From Isoptericola halotolerans (GTDB lineage: Bacteria > Actinomycetota > Actinomycetes > Actinomycetales > Cellulomonadaceae): 64,000 bases of DNA. The first letter of the stretch is position 1. Each line of letters begins with the position of its first letter. Shown in pieces: positions 1 through 9,380 of this stretch. The stretch lies in contig NZ_JABEZU010000002.1 in the NCBI RefSeq assembly GCF_013149785.1, forward strand, positions 744,001 to 808,000, in the 5' to 3' direction. The position numbers and the translations under genes are program-made. The notes under the pieces were generated by a model. The model was not told the origin of the DNA. It did not search any database and saw only the letters and a program-made list of their open reading frames with translations.

Positions 1-191
1 TTCATGGCCGAGATCTCCCGCTCGTCCGGGCCGCCGTCGTCGATCACCAGGGTGTAGCGGCCCCGGTCGACGCCGACGACGAGGCCCGTCACGGCGTCGG
101 CGTGCTCGGGCCGCTGCTTGGTGCGGGGGCGTGACCCGTGCTTCGAGGGGCGTGCGAACCGTGCGTGCTCGTCACGGACCCGGCGCGCCAT
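1..191 (-). CDS. rsgA: Ribosome small subunit-dependent GTPase RsgA, N-terminal part (runs off window)
   Basis: Manual translation [46 protein letters not shown] matches the actinobacterial RsgA N-terminus; start overlaps the aroA stop. Confidence 0.85.
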   Translation of the reverse strand, partial: MARRVRDEHARFARPSKHGSRPRTKQRPEHADAVTGLVVGVDRGRYTLVIDDGGPDEREISAM

Positions 192-1513
192 CAGGCCTCC
201 TGTGCCGTCCGGCCCAGCATGCGCAGCCACATCGCGTCGAACCCGGGAAGGGTCTTGGCGGTGGTGGCGACGTCCTCGACCTGCAGGCCGGGCACGCGCA
301 GCCCGAGCAGCGCTGCGGACGTCGCCATCCGGTGGTCGGCATAGGTGCGGAACACCTCGCCGTGCAGCGGGCGGGGAGTGATCACCAGGCCGTCGCGGGT
401 CTCCTCGCAGCGCCCGCCGAGGCGGGTGATCTCCGTGGCGAGCGCGGCCAGGCGGTCGGTCTCGTGCCCCCGCAGGTGGGCGATGCCGCGCAGTCGGCTG
501 GGGGAGTCGGCGAGTGCCGCCAGGGCGGCGAAGGTCGGGGCGAGCTCCCCGCCGGCGCGCAGGTCGAGGTCGACCCCGTGGATCTCGCCGGTTCCCGTCA
601 CGGTGAGGACGCCGTCGGTCACGGAGGCGCTGCCGCCCATCTGCTCGAGCAGGCCGGGCACCATCGCGCCGGGCTGCGTGGTGCTGGACGGCCACCCGGG
701 CACGCGCACGGTCCCGCCGGCGACCAGGGCCGCGGCCAGGAACGGCGCGGCGTTCGACAGGTCGGGCTCGACGCGCACGTCGCGCGCGGCGACGGGGCCC
801 GGGGTGACCTGCCAGATGCCGTCGCGGGAGTCGTCGACGTGCACGCCGACCTCGCGCAGCGTGGCGACGGTCATCTCGATGTGCGGCAGGCTCGGCAGGG
901 TGGTGCCGATGTGCCGCAGCGTCAGCGGCCGCTCGAAGCGAGGCGCGGCGAGCAGCAGCGCCGAGACGAACTGTGACGACCCGGAGGCGTCCAGGTCGAC
1001 GGCGCCGCCGGCGACCCGCCCGCGCCCGTGCACCGTGAACGGCAGGTGCGTCGGCAGGTCCGGCCCGTCGCCGGAGACCTGCACCCCGAGGGCGTGCAGG
1101 CCGGCGAGCACCGGGAGCATCGGGCGGACACGGGCCTCGGGATCGCCGTCGAACCGGACCTCGCCGTCGGCCAGCGCGGCCACGGGGGGCAGGAACCGCA
1201 TGACCGTCCCGGCCAGGCCGCAGTCGACGTCGGTGTCGCCGGTGAGCCGACCCGGCGTGACGTGCAGCGTGCTGGGTGCTTCGCCCTCCGTGACGGTCGT
1301 GCCCAGGGCGCGCAGGGCGCCGATCATGAGATCGGCGTCGCGTGAGCGCAGCGCGCCCCTCAGGGTGCCCGGGCCCCCGGCGAGCGCGGCGAGGACGAGC
1401 AGCCGGTTGGTGAGCGACTTGCTGCCCGGGACCTCGACCGTCGCGTCCAGGAGGCCGTCGGCCACGGGGGCGTCCCAGAGCGGCGCGGTGGTCTGGTCGG
1501 GCGTTGTCGTCAT
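191..1513 (-). CDS. aroA: 3-phosphoshikimate 1-carboxyvinyltransferase (EPSP synthase)
   Basis: [38 protein letters not shown] and DHRMA motifs. Confidence 0.97.
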   Translation of the reverse strand: MTTTPDQTTAPLWDAPVADGLLDATVEVPGSKSLTNRLLVLAALAGGPGTLRGALRSRDADLMIGALRALGTTVTEGEAPSTLHVTPGRLTGDTDVDCGLAGTVMRFLPPVAALADGEVRFDGDPEARVRPMLPVLAGLHALGVQVSGDGPDLPTHLPFTVHGRGRVAGGAVDLDASGSSQFVSALLLAAPRFERPLTLRHIGTTLPSLPHIEMTVATLREVGVHVDDSRDGIWQVTPGPVAARDVRVEPDLSNAAPFLAAALVAGGTVRVPGWPSSTTQPGAMVPGLLEQMGGSASVTDGVLTVTGTGEIHGVDLDLRAGGELAPTFAALAALADSPSRLRGIAHLRGHETDRLAALATEITRLGGRCEETRDGLVITPRPLHGEVFRTYADHRMATSAALLGLRVPGLQVEDVATTAKTLPGFDAMWLRMLGRTAQEA

Positions 1514-1563
1514 GGGTCCGAGCCTAGTTGACGTCGGTCGCACGCCCTGGCCCGGTCCGGCGG

Positions 1564-2088
1564 TCAGGACAGCTTGGCCTTCACCTTGGCAGTGGTCACC
1601 TTGGCGTCCTTGGCCGCGGACTCCACGGCGTGCTGGGCCGACCTCGACGCCGACGCGCGGCGCTGCCCGATCCGGTAGCCCACGCCGGGCCTGCCCTCCA
1701 GGTCGATGCCGGCGATCACGGCCGCGCCGACGGCGCCGAGGTTGCGGACGAACCGGCCGGTCTTCTCGCGGCGCTCGTCCCCGCGGGACGAGAACGGCTG
1801 GTTGACCACGGCCAACGGCGCGCTGAGCGCTGCGAGCGTCAGCGCCGCGGTCCGGGGGGCGCGGCCGACGGCGAGCAGGACGGCCGCGCCGACGGTGGCG
1901 GCACCGTGGGCTCGCACCAGGAGCGAGACCTGCGTGTCGTCGAGCGGGTCGACCCCGAGTGCCTGCGTGACGCGGTCGGCACCCTCCCGGGCGGCGTCGG
2001 TGTGCTCGGCCGGGTGCAGCGCGGCCGAGAGCCCGTCATGGACGAACGGGACGGCCAGCAGGGGGCGGGCGAGGCGTCGCAACAGCAT
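1564..2088 (-). CDS. DoxX family membrane protein
   Basis: [13 protein letters not shown]-terminus, hydrophobic helices, C-terminal D-x-EGRPG motif; usual neighbour of aroA/sigH. Confidence 0.8.
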   Translation of the reverse strand: MLLRRLARPLLAVPFVHDGLSAALHPAEHTDAAREGADRVTQALGVDPLDDTQVSLLVRAHGAATVGAAVLLAVGRAPRTAALTLAALSAPLAVVNQPFSSRGDERREKTGRFVRNLGAVGAAVIAGIDLEGRPGVGYRIGQRRASASRSAQHAVESAAKDAKVTTAKVKAKLS

Positions 2089-2159
2089 GGGCCCACTGTG
2101 GCAGAGCATGCGCCATCTTGCCTACCGGCGGCTGCTCGGGGGGGCCGCCTCGGACCTGT

Positions 2160-2306
2160 TCAGGACAGTCCGGCTCCTTCCCACCACTCGCGGTGGGAGC
2201 GGGGAGGGCGCCGTGTGCCGAGGCCGTCGCGTCGGACGGCACGGCGCAGGGCGAGCACTCCGGCGAGGACGGCCATGGCGGTGAGGAGCAGCAGGAGAGT
2301 GGTCAT
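2160..2306 (-). CDS. Small 48-aa single-pass membrane protein (below ORF-track cutoff)
   Basis: Manual translation MTTLLLLLTAMAVLAGVLALRRAVRRDGLGTRRPPRSHREWWEGAGLS: hydrophobic helix plus basic tail. Confidence 0.55.
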   Translation of the reverse strand: MTTLLLLLTAMAVLAGVLALRRAVRRDGLGTRRPPRSHREWWEGAGLS

Positions 2307-2480
2307 GGCAGTAATGCTGCGGCAGTCGATATCGAGACACGAGAGGGCTGGATGCCGAAGTCCGTCGACTTCCTGCCATCAGGTGCCCGGTGCCCGTGCG
2401 AACGACCCCGCGCCGGTGTCACGATGGCCGCGTCGGTGAAGCAGCCCGCCGCTCGCGCAGCAGCACTCGAGAGGAAGAGC

Positions 2481-3344
2481 ATGAGCGACGACACGAGAGC
2501 CTTTCCCGCCCAGCAGCAGGAGCCACCGGGATGGACCGGCCAGATGACGCCGCGACCGGACCACGGCGAGGAGAGCTATCGCGGCTCGGGGCGCATGGTC
2601 GGCCTGCGCGCCCTGGTCACGGGCGGCGACTCGGGGATCGGGCGCGCGACCGCGATCGCGTTCGCCCGGGAGGGCGCCGACGTCGCGATCGGCTACCTGC
2701 CCGAGGAGCAGCAGGACGCCGAGGAGACGGCGCGCTGGGTGCGTGAGGCCGGCCGTCAGGCCGAGCTGCTGCCCGGGGACCTCACCGACGAGGCCGCGGC
2801 GCGGGCCCTCCCGGGCGACGCCGCGAAGGCGCTCGGTGGTCTCGACGTCCTGGTGAACAACGCCGGGTTCCAGATGGCGCGCCGCGAGTCGATCGAGGAC
2901 GTGACCACCGAGGAGTTCGACCGCGTGCTCAAGACGAACCTGTATGCCCTGCTCTGGGTGACGCAGGCCGCGCTGGAGCACCTGTCGGACGGGTCGAGCA
3001 TCATCAACAACTCGTCGATCCAGGCCTTCCAGCCGTCGACGTCCCTGCTGGACTACGCCTCGACGAAGGCGGCGATCAACAACCTGACCGTCAACCTCGC
3101 CGCAGAGCTGGGCCCGCGCGGCATCCGTGTCAACGCGGTCGCGCCCGGGCCGATCTGGACACCGTTGCAGCCCGCCACGCAGCCCGAGGAGAAGCTTGCC
3201 TCCTTCGGGCAGGACACTCCGCTGGGACGCGCGGGCCAGCCGGCGGAGGTGGCGCCGGCCTTCGTCTTCCTCGCCTCGCCCGCGGACGCGAGCTACGTCT
3301 CCGGCACCGTCCTGGGCGTCACCGGGGGCAAGCCGGTCTTCTGA
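2481..3344 (+). CDS. SDR family oxidoreductase (YghA/YhxC-like)
   Basis: TGGDSGIG, NNAG, YASTK catalytic motif, NAVAPGPIWT. Confidence 0.93.
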   Translation: MSDDTRAFPAQQQEPPGWTGQMTPRPDHGEESYRGSGRMVGLRALVTGGDSGIGRATAIAFAREGADVAIGYLPEEQQDAEETARWVREAGRQAELLPGDLTDEAAARALPGDAAKALGGLDVLVNNAGFQMARRESIEDVTTEEFDRVLKTNLYALLWVTQAALEHLSDGSSIINNSSIQAFQPSTSLLDYASTKAAINNLTVNLAAELGPRGIRVNAVAPGPIWTPLQPATQPEEKLASFGQDTPLGRAGQPAEVAPAFVFLASPADASYVSGTVLGVTGGKPVF

Positions 3345-3405
3345 GACGCCCGGCGACTTCTTGGTGTGCGTCGACTTCCGGCCACAACCGTGCCAGGCTG
3401 GCGGC

Positions 3406-4374
3406 ATGATCCGACAGGTCGCTGCCGTCGTCGTCCCCGGTGTCGCGCCGTTCGAGCTCGGCATCGCCTACGAGGTGTTCGGCATCGACCGGAGCGCCAC
3501 GGGCGGACCGAGCTTCGCCTTCACGCTCTGCACCCCCGAGCCCGGCCTCGTGCCGACCAAGGGCGGCTTCCCGATCGTGGTCGAGGCCGGGCTCGACGCG
3601 ACCGAGCAGGCCGACGTCGTCGTCGTGGTCGCCTACGACGTCCTCACCGACGCCGTCCGGCCCGACGTGCCCGCGGCCTACCTCGACGCCGTCCGCCGCG
3701 CCCACGCGCGCGGCGCCTGGATCCTCTCGCTGTGCTCCGGAGCGTTCGTGCTGGCCGCGGCAGGCCTCCTCGACGGGCGCCGGTGCACCACCCACTGGAT
3801 GTTCGCCGACCGGCTGGCCGCCGCCGCGCCCCTGGCCTCCGTCGACCCGGACGTGCTCTACGTCGAGGACGACCGACTCATCACCAGCGCGGGCACCGCC
3901 GCAGGGATCGACGCCGCTCTGCACCTGGTGCGTACGGAGCTCGGCGGGGAGGCGGCGCGCGCCATCGCCCGCCGGATGGTCGTCCCGCCGCAGCGTGACG
4001 GCGGACAGGCCCAGTACGTCGTCGACCCGCTGCCGTGCGAGGCCGACTCGCTGTCCGACCTGCTGGCCTGGATGCGGGAGAACCTCGCCGAGCCGCACAC
4101 CGTCGCCACGCTCGCTCGCCGCGCCATGCTCTCGGAACGGACCTTCGCCCGCCGGTTCCGCGACGAGACCGGGACCACCCCCGGCGCATGGCTCGCGCGC
4201 CAGCGCGTGGCGCGCGCCCAGGAGCTCCTCGAGTCGACGGACGCCTCGGTCGACGAGGTCGCCCGGCTCGTGGGCTTCGGTGGGGCCGCCGCCATGCGGC
4301 ACCACTTCGCGCGCCGCCTCGGGACCAGCCCGCTGGCCTACCGACGTCGGTTCGCGGCGGCCCTGGGGGCCTGA
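3406..4374 (+). CDS. GlxA/AdpA-type AraC regulator (DJ-1/PfpI domain + HTH)
   Basis: [32 protein letters not shown]. Confidence 0.93.
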   Translation: MIRQVAAVVVPGVAPFELGIAYEVFGIDRSATGGPSFAFTLCTPEPGLVPTKGGFPIVVEAGLDATEQADVVVVVAYDVLTDAVRPDVPAAYLDAVRRAHARGAWILSLCSGAFVLAAAGLLDGRRCTTHWMFADRLAAAAPLASVDPDVLYVEDDRLITSAGTAAGIDAALHLVRTELGGEAARAIARRMVVPPQRDGGQAQYVVDPLPCEADSLSDLLAWMRENLAEPHTVATLARRAMLSERTFARRFRDETGTTPGAWLARQRVARAQELLESTDASVDEVARLVGFGGAAAMRHHFARRLGTSPLAYRRRFAAALGA

Positions 4375-4402
4375 CCGGGCGCGGCGAGCCGGTGACCGTC
4401 AG

Positions 4403-4428
4403 GGAATGCGAACCGCGACCCGCTGGTT
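4403..4428 (+). promoter_or_regulatory. SigR/SigH-dependent autoregulatory promoter
   Basis: GGAAT (4403-4407), 18-nt spacer, GTT (4426-4428) upstream of the sigma gene. Confidence 0.75.
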
Positions 4429-4576
4429 GCACACGGATGTGACCGCCTGCCTGACCCGCGCCGCGCCCGCGGCCGACGTACCGCTGTTCAGCGTCCCCGC
4501 GACCGCCTTCGACCCGGCCGGGAACGTGGCGGACGCAACCCGCATGCACGGCCCTGCTGAACTACTCTCGACGGTG

Positions 4577-5239
4577 ATGACCGACGAGACCGAGCGCACG
4601 CCGGGTGCGCACACGACCGCGGACGAGATCGGCGAGGACACCGAGCGAGCCCCGGAGGAGACGACGGCGGACCGCGCCGCGCGCTTCGAGCGTGACGCGC
4701 TGCAGTACCTCGACCAGCTCTACTCGGCGGCGCTGCGCATGACGCGCAACCCGGCCGACGCCGAGGATCTCGTCCAGGAGACGTTCGCGAAGGCCTTCGC
4801 CGCCTTCCACCAGTACAAGCCGGGGACCAACCTCAAGGCCTGGCTGTACCGCATCCTCACGAACACCTTCATCAACAACTACCGCAAGAAGCAGCGTCAG
4901 CCGCAGCAGGCGCAGACCGACGACATCGAGGACTGGCAGATCGCCCGGGCCGCGACGCACACCTCGCAGGGGCTCCGCTCCGCCGAGGCCGAGGCGCTGG
5001 ACCGGTTGCCCGACTCCGACGTCAAGCGGGCGCTCGCCGAGCTGCCCGAGGACCGCCGCATGGTGGTGTACTACGCCGACGTCGAGGGGTTCCCGTACAA
5101 GGAGATCGCAGAGATCATGGGGACACCGATCGGGACGGTGATGTCCCGCCTGCACCGTGGCCGGCGCCAGCTGCGCGACCTGCTCGCGGACTACGCGGTC
5201 GATCGCGGCCTGACGGCAGCACCCGGAGGACAGTCATGA
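4577..5239 (+). CDS. sigH: ECF sigma factor SigH/SigR (thiol-oxidative stress)
   Basis: [55 protein letters not shown]; followed by a ZAS anti-sigma; start could be 4574, with a longer isoform from 4439. Confidence 0.95.
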   Translation: MTDETERTPGAHTTADEIGEDTERAPEETTADRAARFERDALQYLDQLYSAALRMTRNPADAEDLVQETFAKAFAAFHQYKPGTNLKAWLYRILTNTFINNYRKKQRQPQQAQTDDIEDWQIARAATHTSQGLRSAEAEALDRLPDSDVKRALAELPEDRRMVVYYADVEGFPYKEIAEIMGTPIGTVMSRLHRGRRQLRDLLADYAVDRGLTAAPGGQS

Positions 5240-5517
5240 CCAGCAACATCACCCCGGTGCCCCACGAGCCCGCCGAGGGCGAGAGCGACTGCGAGCACGT
5301 GCTCACGCACCTGTACGAGTACCTCGACTCCGAGATGACCGAGGCGGACGAGCACCGCATGCGTGCGCACGTCGCGCACTGCTCGCCGTGCCTGGCCGAG
5401 CTCAGCCTCGAGGAGCTCGTCAAGAAGCTCGTCAAGCGGTCCTGCGCCGAGCAGGCGCCCGAGACGTTGCGTCTGCGCATCCGTGAGCAGATCACGGTCA
5501 TGACCGTCGTCGACTGA
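5236..5517 (+). CDS. rshA: Zinc-binding anti-sigma factor RshA/RsrA
   Basis: N-terminal Cys plus HxxxCxxC (HVAHCSPC); ATGA overlap with sigH. Confidence 0.93.
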   Translation: MTSNITPVPHEPAEGESDCEHVLTHLYEYLDSEMTEADEHRMRAHVAHCSPCLAELSLEELVKKLVKRSCAEQAPETLRLRIREQITVMTVVD

Positions 5518-5532
5518 CCGGTCCGGCGGCTG

Positions 5533-5605
5533 CACGAGATCGACCCTGCCGGTTCGAGATCGACCCGTGGTGGGTCGATCTCGAACCGGCAGGGTCGATC
5601 TCGTG
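5533..5605. repeat. Perfect 34-bp inverted repeat with 5-nt loop, REP-like element or bidirectional terminator
   Basis: Arms 5533-5566 and 5572-5605 are exact reverse complements, between convergent rshA and bL37. Confidence 0.85.
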
Positions 5606-5614
5606 GCGGGGTCC

Positions 5615-5689
5615 TCAGGCGTTGGGACGCTTGCCGTGGTTGGCGGCCTTGCTCTTCCGGCCGCGTCGCTTGCTTCCGCGCTTGCTCAT
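5615..5689 (-). CDS. 50S ribosomal protein bL37 (24 aa)
   Basis: MSKRGSKRRGRKSKAANHGKRPNA with the NHGKRPNA signature; GGAG RBS; conserved position after rshA. Confidence 0.9.
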   Translation of the reverse strand: MSKRGSKRRGRKSKAANHGKRPNA

Positions 5690-5789
5690 GGCTGTCTCCT
5701 CAGGAGAAGGTTGACGTGGGGTCGTCCCATGATCCCACACGGCCGCCGCACCACGGCAGCCCGGCACCCCCTGGCACCACGGAGGCAGC

Positions 5790-6584
5790 ATGAGCACCGA
5801 GTCCTGGGCGGTCGCCGCCCCGCAGTCACTCGAGGTGGAGCAGGTCTCGGCCGTGTCGGTCCGTCTCCAGGACGGCCGTGCCGACGTCGTCGTCGACGCC
5901 ACGGCGGGCCGGACCACCCTCGAGGTGATCGAGGTCGGCGCCAAGCCGCTCCAGGTCGTGCGCGAGGGGGACCGGCTGAGGGTCGGGTACGAGCGGTCCA
6001 AGGTCGAGGCGTTCGTCGCCCGCGTCAGGGCGCTGGGCGACTCCGAGCGTGCCGTCGTGCGGCTCACCGTCCCGCCCGGCGTGAGCGTGGACGTGGGCAC
6101 CACGGAGGCCGACGTCGACGTCACCGGGACGGCGGGGACGGTCGTCAAGACGGTCACCGGCACCATCAGGACGACCGGCACCACCGGCTCGCTGTACGTG
6201 CGCTCGGTCTCCGGTGACGTCGCGGCCTGCGGGCACTCCGGCGACGTCTCCGCCCAGGTCGTCTCCGGGGCGCTCGCCCTGGACGGCGCGCTCGGTCGGG
6301 TCTCGGCCAGCACCGTCTCCGGGGCTGTCGCCGTCACCGCCGCCGGCACGTGCCCGATGGTGACCGCGAAGACGGTCTCGGGTGACGTGGCGCTGCGCCT
6401 CGACGCGGGCACGCCCGTCAGCCTCAAGGTGCGCGGGGCCGCCGGGCAGGTCGTGGTGGACGGCGAGGTCCAGCCCTCGGCCCTGCGGACGCTGGCGGTG
6501 GACCGGACGGAGACGGGCGCCGGGAGCGTCGCCTACCTGACGGCGAACGTGACGTCGGCCCGCGTGATCGTCTCGCGCGGGTGA
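5790..6584 (+). CDS. DUF4097-like beta-strand repeat protein
   Basis: Repeated (T/S)VSG(D/A)V motifs; GGAGG RBS. Confidence 0.8.
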   Translation: MSTESWAVAAPQSLEVEQVSAVSVRLQDGRADVVVDATAGRTTLEVIEVGAKPLQVVREGDRLRVGYERSKVEAFVARVRALGDSERAVVRLTVPPGVSVDVGTTEADVDVTGTAGTVVKTVTGTIRTTGTTGSLYVRSVSGDVAACGHSGDVSAQVVSGALALDGALGRVSASTVSGAVAVTAAGTCPMVTAKTVSGDVALRLDAGTPVSLKVRGAAGQVVVDGEVQPSALRTLAVDRTETGAGSVAYLTANVTSARVIVSRG

Positions 6585-6590
6585 CGCCGC

Positions 6591-7202
6591 TCAGGAACCG
6601 TCGGAGTCGCCGGGCAGGCCCAACCACGAGTGCCACCCCGTGTGCAGCACCAGCCAGGCCATGAGGCCGTAGCCGGCCTGGCCCGGGTACGTCGCCCCCG
6701 TGGTGGCGAGGTCGGCGAGCCACTGCTCGTGCTGGGCCAGCGGCGTGTACGTGTCCACGTAGGGCACACGGCGCCGGTTCGCGACGTCCGAGAACGCTGC
6801 CGAGAGCTCGGCGATGCGGTCCCCGTCCTCCGGACGCCCCGGTGGCGGGCCGACGACGAACGTCGCCAGCCGGCGCGAGTCGGCCACGTCGAGGATGTTC
6901 GCCAGGTTCAGCCGGGACCGCGCCACGGACAGCCCGGCAGCGAGGTCGTGCCGGCCCAGGGCGACGACGAGCCGGTTGTCGTGCGTCGACTCGGGGCCGA
7001 ACCGGGGCTCCGTCTCGGCCTCCCAGCGAGCGCCGAGCGCCGACGTCGTCTCGCCGGGCACGGCCAGGACGAAGGACATCGCGGGCCGGTCGAACCGGGT
7101 CCTGGCCAGCACGCGGCCGGTCCACCCCAGGGCACGGGCGTCACCGACGCCGACGCCGAGCTCGTCGCCCACCACACAGATGCGCACCTCGCGCTCCGTC
7201 AC
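6591..7202 (-). CDS. SGNH/GDSL-like hydrolase family protein
   Basis: VVGDEL block I and YPGQAGY block V; the canonical catalytic Ser and His appear substituted. Confidence 0.75.
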   Translation of the reverse strand: MTEREVRICVVGDELGVGVGDARALGWTGRVLARTRFDRPAMSFVLAVPGETTSALGARWEAETEPRFGPESTHDNRLVVALGRHDLAAGLSVARSRLNLANILDVADSRRLATFVVGPPPGRPEDGDRIAELSAAFSDVANRRRVPYVDTYTPLAQHEQWLADLATTGATYPGQAGYGLMAWLVLHTGWHSWLGLPGDSDGS

Positions 7203-7291
7203 GAACCTTCACCACCCTGCCGTTGCCGTTGCGCCGCCATTGTCCCGTGCTCGGACGCGGCATCGCATGATCCCACGCCGAGCCGGAGGGC

Positions 7292-8230
7292 TCAGCGCAG
7301 CGTGGCGCCCCAGCGCACCGTGTGCGCCTGTCCCGGTGCGAGAAGCACGAGCCGGTCGCCGGTGTTGAAGGCGTCGGCGTAGCAGCTCATCGGCTCGGCG
7401 GCGAGGCCGAACCGCCGGTGGCCGGCGATGTGGTCCGCGGAGCACACCTGCCAGCAGTCCATCGAGTCGTCCATCCAGACGGCCGGCGTCCGTCCGTCGG
7501 GGCAGCCGAGCAGGCACCAGGACAGGCCGTCGGCGTCGCGCGTCGCACCGACCCACGCGTCGTCCAGGTCGAGGCCCGCCAGCGATCGCGTCTCGCGCAG
7601 GTCGTGGTCGCCGGTGACGGGTTCGACGCCGGTGGGCAGCAGGCGGTCGTCGACCGTCACGTGCTCGGTCGCGTCGAGCCGGACGGTGCACTCGTCCAGG
7701 TCCGCGCCGCCGGAGGACAGCCACGGGTGGAATCCCACCCCGTAGGGGGCCGTGCCCTGGCCGACGTTGCGGGTCGTCACGCGGACCTCGAGACCGTGCG
7801 TGGCGTCGACCGAGTAGCGGACCTGGCTGGTGAGCTGGAACGGCCACCCCTTCTGGGCGGGCAGCGCGAGCTCCAGGGTCACGGCGTCGGCGGCGACGTC
7901 GACGGCGGTCCAGCGGTACCAGCAGCCGAGGCCGTGCAGCGCCGTCCCGCGGTCGGGCTCGCTGACGGCGAGCTGGTAGGTGGCGCCGTCGGCGTGGTAG
8001 CGGCCGTCCCGCAGCCGGTTGGGCCAGGGCAGCAGGACCGCGGCGTTGAAGACGGGTGCGGGTTCGTCCTCGGCGAAGGGGACGAAGACGTCGCGGTCGT
8101 CCACGGTGTACTCGCGCACCATCGCCCCGACCTCGGTGATCGTGGCGACGTGCGTCCCTGCGGTGATGCGGTACTGGGTGCCCGACGGCGCCACCGGCGC
8201 CGCGGGGTTCGAGGTCGTGTTCACGGTCAC
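7292..8230 (-). CDS. Aldose 1-epimerase family protein
   Basis: LLPWPNRLRDGRY, ALHG, GFHPW and AAEPM motifs. Confidence 0.9.
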   Translation of the reverse strand: MTVNTTSNPAAPVAPSGTQYRITAGTHVATITEVGAMVREYTVDDRDVFVPFAEDEPAPVFNAAVLLPWPNRLRDGRYHADGATYQLAVSEPDRGTALHGLGCWYRWTAVDVAADAVTLELALPAQKGWPFQLTSQVRYSVDATHGLEVRVTTRNVGQGTAPYGVGFHPWLSSGGADLDECTVRLDATEHVTVDDRLLPTGVEPVTGDHDLRETRSLAGLDLDDAWVGATRDADGLSWCLLGCPDGRTPAVWMDDSMDCWQVCSADHIAGHRRFGLAAEPMSCYADAFNTGDRLVLLAPGQAHTVRWGATLR

Positions 8231-8299
8231 ACCGTAGTCGCCGCGCCGTCGGGCGGCGGCACGCGTACCGTGTGGTGGTCACGTCAGAGGGAGAAACTC

Positions 8300-9295
8300 A
8301 TGGATCAGCGGGTGCTCGGCCGGACCGGAAAGATGGTCTCGGTGATCGGCCTGGGAACCTGGCAGCTCGGGGCCGACTGGGGCGAGGTGGGCGACGACGA
8401 GTCGCGCGCCGTGCTCGAGGCGTCGCTCGAGGCCGGCGTCAACTTCTACGACACCGCGGACGTCTACGGCGACGGTCGTAGCGAGCAGGCCCTCGGTCGC
8501 TTCCTCGCCGCCCACCCGGGCGAACGGATCACGGTGGCGACCAAGATGGGTCGCCGCGTGGACCAGGTGCCGGAGAACTACGTCCTGGCGAACTTCCGCG
8601 AGTGGGTCGACCGTTCGCGGCGCAACCTCGGTGTGGACCGGCTCGACCTGGTCCAGCTGCACTGCCCGCCGACCGCCGTGTACTCCAGCGACGAGGTGTA
8701 CGACGCGCTCGACACCCTGGTCGCGGACCAGGTGATCGCTGCCTACGGCGTCTCCGTGGAGACGGTCGAGGAGGCGCTGACCGCCGTCGGCCGCCCCGGG
8801 GTGGCGACGGTGCAGATCATCCTCAACGCCTTCCGCCACAAGCCGCTGGAGGAGGTCCTGCCGGCGGCCTCGGAGGCAGGTGTCGGGATCATCGCCCGTG
8901 TGCCGCTCGCCTCCGGGCTGCTCTCGGGCCGCTACACGAAGGACACGACGTTCGCGGCGGATGACCACCGGACGTTCAACAGGTCCGGTGAGGCGTTCGA
9001 CGTCGGCGAGACGTTCTCCGGGGTGCCCTTCGAGACGGGGGTCGAGGCCGCGACACGGTTCTCCGCGCTGGTGGACTCCGCGCTGCAGCAGGACCTCACC
9101 CCGGCCCAGGCCGCGCTGGCGTGGGTGTGGCAGCGTGCAGGCGTCTCCACGGTGATCCCCGGGGCTCGCAACCCGGAGCAGGCGCGTCTCAACGCCGCGG
9201 CGGGTGACGCCAACGTGCTGGGCCCGCTGTTCGTCGCGGGCGTGCGCGAGCTCTACGACGAGCTGGTCCGCGACCACGTCCACGATCGCTGGTGA
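8300..9295 (+). CDS. Aldo/keto reductase
   Basis: GLGTWQLG, DTADVYG, ATK, DLVQLH, PLASGLLSG, VIPGARN. Confidence 0.93.
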   Translation: MDQRVLGRTGKMVSVIGLGTWQLGADWGEVGDDESRAVLEASLEAGVNFYDTADVYGDGRSEQALGRFLAAHPGERITVATKMGRRVDQVPENYVLANFREWVDRSRRNLGVDRLDLVQLHCPPTAVYSSDEVYDALDTLVADQVIAAYGVSVETVEEALTAVGRPGVATVQIILNAFRHKPLEEVLPAASEAGVGIIARVPLASGLLSGRYTKDTTFAADDHRTFNRSGEAFDVGETFSGVPFETGVEAATRFSALVDSALQQDLTPAQAALAWVWQRAGVSTVIPGARNPEQARLNAAAGDANVLGPLFVAGVRELYDELVRDHVHDRW

Positions 9296-9318
9296 GCGCA
9301 CCCTCCGCGCACCGCTGA

Positions 9319-9373
9319 CGACGACGAAGGCCCTGGTCACACGCACTGCGTGCGACCAGGGCCTTCGTCGTCG
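9319..9373. terminator. Inverted-repeat terminator between convergent AKR and kgd
   Basis: CGACGACGAAGGCCCTGGTC...GACCAGGGCCTTCGTCGTCG. Confidence 0.75.
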
Positions 9374-9380
9374 CGGGACG

